Shown here: in pieces, positions 48,544 through 60,692 of the stretch | Numbering within the stretch: the stretch's first letter is position 1 | Layout: every line of letters starts with the position of its first letter | NCBI RefSeq assembly: GCF_001447785.1 | Contig: NW_015168654.1 | Span: 1,624,031-1,688,030 of the forward strand | Direction of reading: 5' to 3' | Origin: Gekko japonicus | Taxonomy: Eukaryota | Length of the DNA: 64,000 bases | The notes under the pieces: model-generated | What the model was told of the DNA's origin: nothing | Seen by the model: the letters and a program-made list of their open reading frames with translations, nothing else | Databases searched by the model: none | Position numbers and translations under genes: made by a program

Positions 48544-51500
48544 GCCATCAGTTCACCAAGGTCAGTATTGTCCACTTATACTGGCAGCAGCTCTCCAGGG
48601 TCTCAGGTGGAGGTCTTTCACAATCACCTGGGCCTTTTAACTGGAGATGCCAGGGATTGAACCTGGGACCTTTTGCATGCAAAACAGAGGCTCTTCCATT
48701 GAGACACAGACTTTCCCCAGAGTTAGGGGGGGATAGATGTAGGATTACTCCTTGGCCTAGGACCATGTGTATGATACAAATTCAAAAGGTGCAGCCTGGG
48801 CATGTCTTGATGGGAAAGTTACACCTGTCGGATCTCTGCCATTTTGTGTGGATGTTGAAGGCCAAGAGCCTTGTCCAGGAAAAAGAGGCAACCTAAGGCA
48901 GAGATGTCAGAGGGCTTCCAGAGGGTCAGTGGGTAGAACCCCACCTACCTTTCCTTTTGGAAAGAAATAGAATCCCACCTACCAGCTTACCCACCCCCAA
49001 GAATCCCCGTCCCCCTGCTGCCTCCTCCCGCTCTTGCCTGCTTGTGGTCAGATCTCTCACCCCAGGATGAGAGTCCAGCTGTGCCTGCAGGCCGTTCCCA
49101 GCTGGCGGAGCAACATCTGTGTTGCGCCTTGCATGGCCTGCATGTTCTGTCCCCCTCCTCCCCCCCAGGCCCGGAGGAAGTCGAGGCCACTGGATTTGCT
49201 TGGCCCTGCTCGTTCCCCCTAGGCTGATGGCTTTTGCAGAGGCAGGCCAGCGAGTGCCAGAGGCTGGCTCGGCATGTGGATGAGCAAAGCAAGGAGCAAG
49301 AGGGCCTTTGGGGGGCAGGACCCCCAGAAAGTCAGTGTGAATGCTGGCTTGCTTAGCACCCGTGGGGCCTTGGTTGAGCTTGGCTACAAGTGAAGGGATG
49401 TCCTTCCTGCCACTGCCTACCATTCCTTGACTGTGTCACTTTTAGTACAGCCCCTGACACATCTTCAGCACTAGTGGGACGCTATTCTAGCAGTAGTCTG
49501 TAAACAGAAGCATCAAATGTTTATTGAGCCCAGCAGAGTACTTGGCTGATCCACAGCCCACTTCTGGGGGAAGGGAGGGCCACACATACAGAGACTCTGT
49601 TGCACCATCTCCAAGCCTAACCTGAAATCTTTAACTCTCTCTTTCTCTCTCTGTATGTGTGTGCCTCCTTGCACTTCAGCTTCCATGGCTGCAACTTTGG
49701 AGAACACCGTGATCTCCGTGTACTTTGAACATAAAGGTAAGGGTTTACTATATGATAAAGAGGTTCCCCACCCCCTTTACTTCTCCATCTTGCAATATTA
49801 TTTGCTTGACAAGCCCAGGCCAAAATGGCTTCCAAAATCCCCAGCATAGCCCATATCTTTAATCCGATCTGAGCTCCCAGATAAAGGGTTCTTGATACTC
49901 CTTGTGAGCCCCAACAGTTTATTCCCTGCAGACAAAATCCTACCTCTACATATCACATTTTTATCCTAACTTTTCTCCAAGAAGCTTGAGGTAAGAAGAA
50001 ATATGGGGAGAGGAGCTACAACAGCCCTGTGAGGTAGGCGAGGCTTCAAGACTGAACGCAAGTCCTAGAACAACATCACTATACCCCACTAGGGATCAGG
50101 GGAATGAGCAATTATGGGGTTGGAACTAACCAACTTCAGCCTCCTCTGGAACGGGGCAGCTCTTGATGAGTCCAGCATGGAGACCAAGGCAAAACCTTGA
50201 GGTATACAGCTAAAGGAATCCAACAGAAGGAGGTGGATGAGTGACCTTGGCCCCTGCATGTCTGGGTCCAGCTCAAAGAAGAGAAAATAAACAATCCAGG
50301 CTTCCTTCCCTCACCAGTAAACTGGCAACCTCCCACATGTTCAGGTTAAAAGGAACAGACCAAGGGTGTGTGGAGATAGGATGGTGGGAAGCCCACTGCT
50401 TAATTTCTAGGACTTCAGTTGGAGCCCAAAGCCTGTTTTCAGCTTTGAGATCCTACCCAGGTACAAGGGAAATTATAAGAGTGCCTCTGAGCCTGCATGG
50501 AGGGCCTCTCGCACTGAGTAACGATAGCTAACCTCCATGCACTAGGGATTAGCAGGTATGGACACGTAGTTCGCCTTTGCACCTTTCTCTTTGTTTTTTT
50601 AGCAAACATTGATTGACAGTGAGCAGGCATTTTACAACAAAATGAGTGGGGTGGGGGGCAGAGGGAAGATGGGCACAGCAGATTTCCAGAGACTCTGAGA
50701 CATGGTGTGTAACTAATCCCCACCAGAGCCTCACAGTAGCCCCCTCCCTCACCAGAACCACAGAGATCCCCTGTGGGTCGCTGCATTGCATCTCATTACC
50801 CTGTGGTCAGCTACCCACTCCCCATGCTGAGGTTTGGCAGTTCTGGGGTCCCCAGGGACCTTGGCTGCACAGGAAACGCAGCGTGGGATGGCGGGGACTG
50901 TAATGCGCTAGGCACAGAAAGGAAGCAGGTGAGACGGGCCACGGAGCAGCAAGGGATCGGTTAGGATAAAAGAGATCACCAAGTGATCTCGGCCCACGGA
51001 AACGAGGAGACAAGCTGTGCTTTCCCCGAAACAAAGAGTTCCCTGTCTCACTGGTGGTGTTGCACGCAAATCCATCCTCTGGTGAGATGGCCCAGACCGA
51101 CAAACCGCTTGCTGGCAACTCCCCTGGCTAGTGTCGTCAGAGAGCTAAGGCAGGGGCAGAAACGTGGCCGGTGGATCTTATCACATTTATAGGTTTATCA
51201 GTCATGAGGAGGAGGCGGGAGATAGGGGGACAGAGCCAAGGATACAGGAGGGTGCTCCTTCTCCCGGGTCCTATGTGTGTCCACGCATAGTGGCTACGTG
51301 GCCAGCTAACCCCATGGCAGGGACCTCGCTCAGTAGCTCTGTCCTGTCGACTCCCATGGGCTGCATTGGCTCAGTGCCCAGCCCCTCTCACTTTCCCATT
51401 CCTGTTCGCTTCCCCCCCTCTCTTGACTGTTCCCGTCCCGACTGTAACGAAAAGCAGATGTGAGCAGTGCAAACCCGGCATGGGGGGGGGGGGAGGGGGC

Positions 51501-51923
51501 AGCAAAGCAGGAACTGAAGTTGCAGAAAATCCCTTCGTAGGAGCTGGCTGAAGGGGGAGAGATGTACGAAGGGCCAAGGCCAGCCCAGGGGTGAGGGAGC
51601 CAGTGGTGGGGCAGGGAGTAGGGGAAACCCAGGATGGGGAAGGCTGGTGGGGGGAGCATGGAGCTGGGGCCCAGAGCTGCCAGGCAGGAAGTCAGGGGGG
51701 AGTGAGCAAGCCAGCTCTGGGAAGTTTGCAAAGCTGTCAGAGTGTGTGGAGAGAGCGACCGTGCAAAGCCCTCTCCGCCTGCCTGGCGACCGGCGAAGAC
51801 TTCAGGGAAAAGGAAAAGAGGGTTCTTGCTCCTGGCTGCATCTCTGGCTCTGTCGGGGGCACGAAGGTCCACACCATGCGCGGCTGACGAGGGACCTCAG
51901 GGACCAGACGTCGAGAGCCGGGG

Positions 51924-52102
51924 ATGGCCAGCCCCGTGGCCCCGGTGTGGCTCTGTATCTGGTGGGGCCTGCTGGCTGGGCAGGCCTGGGGCATGAATTA
52001 CCCTCCCAGGTACAGCCTATACACGGGGGCTGGCCTGCCGTACACGCAGCTCCAAGGCGCGTCCCAAGCACCCAACGGGGCACGGGTGGCCAGCCGCCAC
52101 AG
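51924..52102 (+). CDS. EMILIN1: EMILIN-1 coding exon 1 (signal peptide)
   Basis: MASPVAPVWLCIWWGLLAGQAWG-MNYPPRYSLYTG...ASRHR; in-frame upstream stop at 51885-51887; donor AG|GTAAGT. Confidence 0.93.
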
Positions 52103-54330
52103 GTAAGTGAGTCGGCAGGGCAATGTGGTGGGGTGGCTGGGCTAGGAGTGCGGGCCACGTCAGGGGGAAAACGGGAGGGTTGAGACCAGGGTATCCAATT
52201 ATCTGGACATCCACGAGAAAGAGCGAACGAGCACTGGAAGGTGTAGGCCAGGAACCCAGGATCAAAAGCCCACTGTGGCAAATCCTAATAAGAGCAGGAG
52301 AGCCAGCTGCCGCGGCTAGTGAGGAAATGGGGGGCATAGGAGGGTTGCCATTTGCTTCTCTGCTTATGCTAAGTCGTTTAAATATATGCAAGTTTAAAAC
52401 TGTTCATTCCTTAAAATGGAGTTTTAAAAGGTCCAGTCTCGTTAAAAGCGGGAGGAGGGGGTTAAATCTTAAACCTGGAAATCACGACAGATCACCTGGA
52501 ATGGATATCTGGACTCCTGCTTTATTCACATGCTGGGGTATTGGGAGGGTATATGGGTCCAAGGGTTGTCATGGCAACAGGTCCCTCTGCTAAGAGAAGG
52601 GATTAGGCCTGTGTGGTTTAAGGCCTGTCCTTGTGCCGTCCTCCATGAGTTGGAATATCTGCCCATCTCTCATCCCCTCCCTTGATTTTAACTGTTTTGG
52701 GGTTTGTGGGACATTCACAAAATCAGGAGCTCTCCCTCTCTCTATCTCTCTCTGTCCGTGTCCGGGATGCAGGACTGTGTGGGCCTGGTTGACTCAGGGC
52801 ATGAGTTAATTATTGACTGATTGATTTGATTAAATTTTTACCCCACCCTTCCCACAAGTGGTCTCTGGGCGGGTTCCAATATTAGGATAAAACAATAAAA
52901 TCAGATAAAACTATAAAATTAGGGGACTGTCGGCAGTGGGGCTAGGACTGAGGAAGTGTGGCTCTCTGTGCCTTATGTGGGCTGGTACCGAATCAGTAAG
53001 GTTTCCGGGACATCAGATGGGATTTTTAGACTGTGAGCAAGGAGAAGAGAAGGCAGTTGGATGTGTGTGTGGGGGAGACTTTTTGTGGAAACTGCGAGGG
53101 GGGTTTTAACTTATAGCTGGGCGTATCAGAATCATTTGTTGGTGGAATAGGGGAGAAACAGAAGAAAGCAGAAATGGAGGCTGATGGGGTTTGGATGGAT
53201 GCCAGGCCTGGGGTAGAGGAAGGGAGGCCCAGGAAGTGGTTTGTCATCCAAACGGGGAGGGTGGCACATTGGAAGTCTGTCTCTCTGAGCTGCAGCGACA
53301 TCAGCAGCAACATTACCTTGCGATGGGGGAAAGAAAGGGCTCAGGGGAACAGCCTGAACCAAAAACAGTGACGTGAGGTGGTCCATGACATGGGGGGTGG
53401 AAGCGACCTAGGAAGGAGGCTTCCCCCCCCCCCCCCCCCCTTTTTTTATACACCCCCCCCCACCAGTCGCGGTTTTGCTTTTTTTTTTTTAATAGGCTCC
53501 CTACTTGATTTGATGGATAGGCCTCTTTTCAGCCACAGTCCCACTCCTACCAGCAGCTTTCAAAAACAATTAAAATCTCCAACTGTCATTAGCCAGGGGG
53601 AAAAAAATGATACTCTGAAAAGAATCCATGCACAAGTTTAAAATAGCAGCTGGAATAAAAATAGAACTCAGATCTTAAAACCTTGTCAAGCTGATGTGTT
53701 TTTAAACGGTGTACCTGGAATTTCCAGTGGAACACAGCCCTGTTTACTGCGATCACAAAGGGCTGTGTTTTAAAGATCTGTAATGAGAGAGAGGCGCATG
53801 CCAGTCTGAATTTTGTTTGGGAATGCCCCACCCTCCATTTAGAAACCCAGATGTGTTTGGGTTGGAGGGGGGAGCAGCTTATGAAGAGCCAGTGCTGTGG
53901 GAAAGACACACTGCACATGCTCAGAGGTTGCCCTCTGTTATCTCGGATGTTCCAGAGCTGAGCAGACTAAAAAAAACCAAATTTGGGCTGATCCCTGGGA
54001 TTTCCTGTGCAACTGGGGAGGTTAGGAGGTGAATAGGGCAATGATTAACCTGTTGGGGAGGCTTATTTGCTAGCTCAGACCAGTCTCAACCAGGAATGGC
54101 TGGAGGCGGCTTTGGACTGGCTTGTTCCCAGCTGTGGCCTCCTGACCGAGTTATGCCTTGATCAAAGGTCCCTGGACCCCATGGGAAACCAGCTAGGCAG
54201 AGATGAAAGGGATTTCCTGACACAGCCACACCAGGGCCACCAGCACTGAGCTGTGACCAACCACTACTGGTGTGGGGAGCAGAAGTTGCCAACAGCATCA
54301 GGAATGTCCTTTGCAGAGTTCAGTGCCTAC

Positions 54331-54536
54331 CAGTGTTCCCTCTAAGCTGAGTTAGTGTGAGCTAGTTCACAGTTTTTCAGCCTCCAGCTCACACATTTTT
54401 GTCTTAGCTCAGGAAGGGTGGCCCCAGAGCAAACTAATTTATGCAGTAGCCAAATCACCTGCTCACAACTTTAATGCTGGTAGCTCACAAAGTAGAATGT
54501 TTGCTCACAGGACTCCACAGCTTAGAGGGAGCACTG
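54331..54536 (+). mobile_element. hAT-type MITE, family A
   Basis: TIRs CAGTGTTCCCTCTAAG/CTTAGAGGGAGCACTG plus perfect 8-bp TSD GTGCCTAC. Confidence 0.92.
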
Positions 54537-56912
54537 GTGCCTACCCATGTTTTTTTAAAAAAACTACCATCCATTTCAAAAAAAGAAAAATTAAGGGGGA
54601 ATGGCCCTATGGCATTACTTTTGTTGTGGTGCCCTGAAAAACTGATGTGGGCAACCCACCTTGCTTTCATCTGTGTGGCAGGGCTTTCTGAGCCGCTCAA
54701 AGTCTTCTTAGGCTAAGATTACAGGAAGATGTACTAGGGCAATAGAATTAAAACATTCTCAAAACAGCAATAGTATAATATCTTTTGTTAAGGCCAGCAA
54801 ATACAGTAGGATGTTTTAGTTGGTCCTTAAAAAGGGTATAACATCATTGTTGCTTGGGGTTTCCTCTTAGGCCACTGCCAACTTAAATAGTCAGTTTCCC
54901 AAAGACTAGCAGTGAGCACACCTTAAAGGCTTAAGCCCTTTCTGGCATCTTATGTTACTAGAGAAAAGTGAAAACCTGATACCTTCGGAGATCCAGCACA
55001 ACCGAAATTTATCTTGGTTCAGAATTATTTTCTCCCCCCGCATTCGATTAATAAAGCAAGCAAGAACTTTACTGAATCATTATCAGGAGGTGATCTGGAA
55101 AGGAGGTGAGACCAAAAGGGTCTCTCAGGCACCAAAACAGAATTTTTAATCTTGACAGATGGTTCCTAATTCTCTAAGTATTAGGGTGATGCCAGGAAGT
55201 AGTTAGTAAGATAATAGAAAGCGGTTTGAGAAGGGCATTACTTTCCAGGGTGTGCAAACGCATTCTGTTTAAACAGAATTTTGTAGCACCTTAGAGAATA
55301 ATTTATTAGGCACACATTTTTGCAGCCTGGAGCCCACCAAAGCTGAAAGCATCACAATTCAAAGTTAAGATGCTATAGGACTCTAGTCTTTGGTCGTATT
55401 TAAACACTGCAAACATACCAGAGTTTGTGATGAGGATGAACCTTTTTCAAGCTCTGCAGTCCCTTCATCCTCCCTGAGTTGTCCTGGTTTAGGAAGTTTC
55501 AGGGTAGCCGGTGTTGGTCTGCAGCAGAAAAGTCCAGTAGCACCTTAAGAGACCAACAAGGTCTGGCAAAGGGAGCTTTGACTCTCAAAAGCTTATTCCT
55601 TGATAATCTTATTGGTCTCTCGCTCGAATTTAGCTGGTTTAGGCACTCTTTAGTCTAACCACAGTTTGTTGTTACATCTGAATTCCAGCACTGTAATAAA
55701 TCAGGGTTTGTTGCACTTCTAAACCCCAATGTGATTCAGATTCCCCTTCAGACATCACAACAAACTGTGGTTGGATTGAAACCTTTTAAAACCAGGAAGT
55801 TTTCAATCCTGACTTGAAAAGGAATTGGGAGGGGGCGCACTTTGTTCTTTACAACTGAATAATAACCCACATTGTTTATTTCTGTACCAGTATTTCTTTT
55901 TGCCTCCTTGTCACTTCTGGCCAAACAGGCATTGCAGGTTTAGAGGTCAATATAGGAACCTGCCATACCTGTTTGACTAGGAAATAAAAGTGAGATGGGG
56001 GCAAAAACCACAGTGATTCTCTTTCAGACAGCCTTTAGTTCTCTAAAAAAACCCTGTCTATCCCCAGCCTACCAAGAACCATGTGACTCTTAACAGATCT
56101 TTCTTCCTCATGTGCAGGCTTGCAGTTGCCTTCAAGGCTATACTGATACAAAAGAGTTGGACCCCTGTTGAAGAAACTGCCTTTCCCCCTCTATGGAGGG
56201 CCCAGCCTTTGCCTATAGACAGATCCCCTTCATTCATTGGCTGTAGCTCCTCCCATGAAGGTGTCTCGGTGATACTTTTTTTTGCTAAAAAGTGAGGAGC
56301 GGGGATTCCCAGCCAGGACTCTGGGTTCATGACATCATTTTTTTCCCCTCACAGGAAGAAATGGATCATACAGTTGTAATGAGTCACTGATGAGGCCACT
56401 GAGATGCAAAAGGCTGCATTCTTATGTGATTATTTTAAACTGGGATGCGATAAAAGGGAAGACAGGAACACTCCACTTCCAAGAAGTTTGGCCTGGCTGC
56501 GGTTCTGGACCTTACTTACAGCAAAGAATGCTATAAAGAAAGACAGGATTTGGGGTGAGGCAGGGAGTTTTTACAAGGAACTGCTGGTGTTCTCTCCAGC
56601 AGCCCAGCTTTGGAACTGGCCTTCTTGATTGCCAGACTCTTAATGCGGTGGCACATCAAGCAACTAGGAAGGCACAGAAGTGTTTGGGGACCAGAAATGA
56701 ATTGTTGACACCAGCACGGGGCAATGCTAGATCTGTTTTCTTGGTGCTTGAGTAGTTGTGTCAGCCTCTGTGCGATAACCCTTTAGCCTGAGGTCAAACT
56801 TTGAACAACAGAAGTAACAGGGCTTCTCCCTGCCTCAGAACAACAGCTTTGCATCTGGAAGTTCAGCCCCCTACCCTGTCATGGTAGGGGTTGCAGAACA
56901 GACCCTATAGAC

Positions 56913-57156
56913 CAGGGGTGTCAAACATAAGACCCGGGGGCGAGAACCGGCCCGTTCAGGGCTCTTATGTCGCCTGTGAGAGGCTGGTGCAAGGGAAGGA
57001 ACATAAGACTGCTCGAGGAGGGGAGTGGGTAGAGCCCCTCCAAGTGTGGCTTCGGCATGGCGGAACAACTTCGTCTGCAGCAGCCAAGCAGCGTGGGAGT
57101 GTCTTGCCCAGTGCTGCACCGCTGGCTCTCCAGGCCGCCCATGTGGGTTTTCCTTT

Positions 57157-57192
<36 letters not shown>

Positions 57193-57371
57193 CTCATCCC
57201 ATGGGGCCTTGCAGTGAGAATACACCAACTTGGAGCTTACCGGCTGCTGCCCTTTATACGGTTTATATCTCTGGTACCTGGCATTCTGTTTTATGGCACA
57301 CGTGGCCTGGCCCTACAAAGTGACATTTATGTCAGATCTGGCCTTTGTAACAAATGAGTTCGACATCTCTG
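56913..57371. mobile_element. hAT-Charlie-like non-autonomous element
   Basis: TIRs CAGGGGTGTCAAAC/GTTCGACATCTCTG; internal (CA)n; TSD not preserved. Confidence 0.65.
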
Positions 57372-57832
57372 CCAGATGCTCAGAGGAACTCTCAGAGGGT
57401 TGAACTTTAACATGCTCTGGAGCCAAGCCCCGGCTGCTTTTCATCTCAGCCTCCAACATTGTGTGCCTCCTACGTGACCTTGAGTCTGGGTATCTCCAGG
57501 GCTTGGAAACCGGAAAAGGGTGGGACGCTGGACTCGGTTTCTGTGTGCCCGAGCAGCAGGATGGGCCTGGCTCAGTGGCAGAGCGTCTGTTTTGCATGCA
57601 GAAAGTCCCAGGTCCAATCCTGCCATCTTCGGTTCAAAGGATTTGGTAGTTAGTAATGTGGAAGATTCTGCCTGAGAGCCTCCTGGAGAGCCACTGCCAG
57701 CCCGAATGGGCAATTCTGACCTTGATAGATAAGTGGCCTAACTCGGCAGCTTCTCCTGTGTTCAAGCAAGGCTACCTTGTCCACAAACCAGTCTCTGCTT
57801 CAACTACATGTTATTCTCTCCCTCCCTTGAAG

Positions 57833-57958
57833 GAACTGGTGTGCCTACGTGGTGACACGTAGCGTGAGCTGCGTGGTGGAGGACGGTGTCGACACCTACG
57901 TGAAGCCGGACTACCAGCCATGTGTCTGGGGGCAACTCCAGTGTCCCCGTGCTGTCAC
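57833..57958 (+). CDS. EMILIN1: EMILIN-1 exon 2 (EMI domain)
   Basis: NWCAYVVTRSVSCVVEDGVDTYVKPDYQPCVWGQLQCPRAV; donor GTGAGT; absent from the ORF track. Confidence 0.96.
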
Positions 57959-58763
57959 GTGAGTATGGGGTAGGCAGAAGAAAGGGGCCTGGGTGCTAAC
58001 GTGGGATGCCGTCCTGTAAAAACACAAGAGCAAGCAGGATTGGAGCCACACTGGGCTGGATCGAAGTATGTCAACAGAGGGCACCGGCAGGGCAGTGGAG
58101 GGTGATTGCCATACTACAGGGATGTGGGGGCATTGCTGCAAGCTGCCCGGCTGGGCTGGGTGGGGCTCGGGGTCACGACCTCCGTGGGCAGCCAAGGAGG
58201 AGAGGCTGGATGCCTGTGGCTTCTGCCTGGCACGTGCCCAGACCATTAGCTGAACTGCTTCTGGGAAGATGCAGGAACCAGCTGGGCCGTGCCTGGGGGG
58301 GAAGGGACCGGCTTCCCCCTGGTGGGGATCACCAGCACTGCAAGAGCTGCCGGTGACCAGCGGGTGAGAGGCACTTCTGGTCTTCTCCACGGTGCTGATT
58401 CTGTAAGAGGAGGACAAGGCTTTGAGGACGGGTTCTGCGCTGCGATCCCGAGATGCTGGAGTCATCTTTTCAGGTGGCTTAGAGCCTGTTCGTTTTAATT
58501 TTAGCTGTTCTGCCTGGTCAACAATTATTGACCAGAAAATCATGGGAGGCCAGTTTAAGAAGGGACTACAGAGGGCTAAACTGCTTTCCCCGGGCAAGTG
58601 GCAAAGTCCAGTCCATCCGAGACAGATTCTTCAGGTTAACTATTGTGGAGCCATGAGTGCAGGGAATAAGACTGCAGGAGAGAGGCTGCAGTTGGGTGTT
58701 TATGACTACTTCTGTGCTTTCCAACATCTAGTTCAGTGTTTTTTGTTTGGGATCAGGGCCATG

Positions 58764-58986
58764 TGACCTGGATGGCCCAGGCTAGCCTGATCTCATTGAA
58801 TCCGGAGAGCTAAGCAGGGTCAGCCCTGGTTAGTACTTTGATGGGAGGCCACCGAGGGAGTCCAAGGTTGCTCCTGCAGAGGCAGGCAAAGGCAAACTAC
58901 ACCAGCCTGAAGGTCTCTTGCCTTGAAAGCCCCAAGGGGTGGCCATAAAGTCAGCTGCGACATGACGGCACTTGAAACACACACAC
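58764..58986 (+). mobile_element. 5S rRNA-derived SINE with RTE-like tail
   Basis: gcctgatctc...gctaagcagggtcagccctggttagtactttgatgggag matches 5S A/IE/C boxes; non-5S 3' part ends in (CA)n. Confidence 0.78.
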
Positions 58987-59088
58987 GCAAGGCCAGTTCA
59001 CCCAATCGAGCGGGAAAGCCCCATCCAGCCTCATTTGCCCCCCCCCCATGCACAAATACAAGATGCTTCCTGTTCTTCCACCTGGCAG

Positions 59089-59288
59089 GTACCGGAGTTT
59101 CATGCGCCCCCGCTACAAGGTGGCCTACAAAACAGTGTCGGACATGGAGTGGCGTTGCTGCCCTGGTTACACGGGGGACGACTGTGCCGAAGGGGGGACA
59201 CCGCTCACCACCACCCGACCACGACCGCAGCCCAGCCGACCCAACCTGTCCGGCTTCAGCAACACGCTCAGTGGCTTGGGCGGAGAAG
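59089..59288 (+). CDS. EMILIN1: EMILIN-1 exon 3 (EMI domain end)
   Basis: YRSFMRPRYKVAYKTVSDMEWRCCPGYTGDDC...RPNLSG...LSGLGGE. Confidence 0.96.
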
Positions 59289-59735
59289 GTACTGTGGAAA
59301 GGGCATGAAGGGAGAAATGCCCTCTGCCCCCAGCATCTGCAGCCCCTTGTGCTCCAGTTCTGCACCCTCTGTAGCTCTTCCTACCCCGGGTAGTAGTAGA
59401 AGGAGTGGGGAGAAGGCCTGTGTGCAGGCCCATGAACTCAGGAGATCCACTGGGCTGCCAGGATGGGGGATGGGCACGGAAGGTAGAAGCACAGCCGGGT
59501 ACTGCCCCTTCTGAGACTGAGTCTTCGGTGTCCATCTTTGCAAGTGCCCATTCACAGCTTGCCTTACCCAGTTTTGGTCCTCACCAGCTTCTCACTCACT
59601 CTTAGCTCCCATCTACCAGGCTGCAAATTCTCCCTGTGACGAGAGGCACTCACACTTCTTGCCCCTAACGGGCCTGTGGGAAGAAGGGGATCAAGTGCAA
59701 AGGGGGATGGGGGTGGGGGGTCTTTAGCAGTTGTA

Positions 59736-60013
59736 GAAGAGAAAGAGATTGGATTTATACCCCGCCCTTCACTACCCAAAGGTGTCTCAGAGCGGCTTAC
59801 AAACTCCTTTCCCTTCCCCTCCCCCCAACAGGCACCCTGTGAGGTAGGTGGGGCTGAGAGAACTCTCTCGAGAACTGCTCTTTTTCAAGGACAGCTCTTA
59901 TCAGAACCATGGCTTGCCCAAGGTCATCCAGCCAGGTGCAAGTGGAGGATTGGGGAATCAAACCTGGTTCTCCCAGATTAGAGTCCGCGCACTTAACCAC
60001 TACACCAAACTGG
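59736..60013 (-). mobile_element. Squam3-like SINE
   Basis: Reverse complement of the family. Confidence 0.85.
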
Positions 60014-60692
60014 TGTAAAGGAAAGGGAGTGTCACGTGGCTGCCCCCACCCCACAAAAAGCGCTTTTAATCCTGATAGAGTGGTCTCTTCTGCACAGCCC
60101 ACAACGGGAAAGCAGCTGCCCTCCCATCCTTTATTCATTTATTTTAATTTTCTTCATTTGTATCCCGCCTTTCTCTCCCATCGGGACCCACAGCAGCTTA
60201 CACCACTCACCCCTTCTCCGTTTTATCCTCACACCAACCCACGATCACCCAGCAAGCTCGTTCCGTGGCAGACCGGGGTGGGTGCTTGGGTTTGGGGTTC
60301 TAACCTGAGTCTTCCAAATCCTAGTGCGATGCTCTTAACCACTCCCCCGCAGTCAATTGCATCTGACCAGCCTAAAACGTTGGTAGTGCATAAGGGCCAG
60401 AAATTTAGGCTTCAGGCACAGTTGCTGGTGTCATTGTGGGGATGGTGTGAACAAATACCGGCAATTTCAGATTTAACAGTGATGGGAGAACCACAATTAA
60501 TCCACCTCCTGGGAGGCTACCCAGGACATCTGGGGCTGCTGCACAGAGGCGGGCAAACGGCCTCCATTCATCTTTTAGCTTGAGAGCCCCACAGAGAGTC
60601 ATTGTAGGCCAGCTGCCGCTTGACAGCCCTTTCCACCAGCGCCGGCACCCCGTGCGTGCGGCTTCTAATCTCTTCTTATTTCCTCCTGCTAG

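Noticed and set aside
58785-58870. Possible 5S rRNA gene
   Set aside because: 5' end missing, diverged and fused to a retroposon tail
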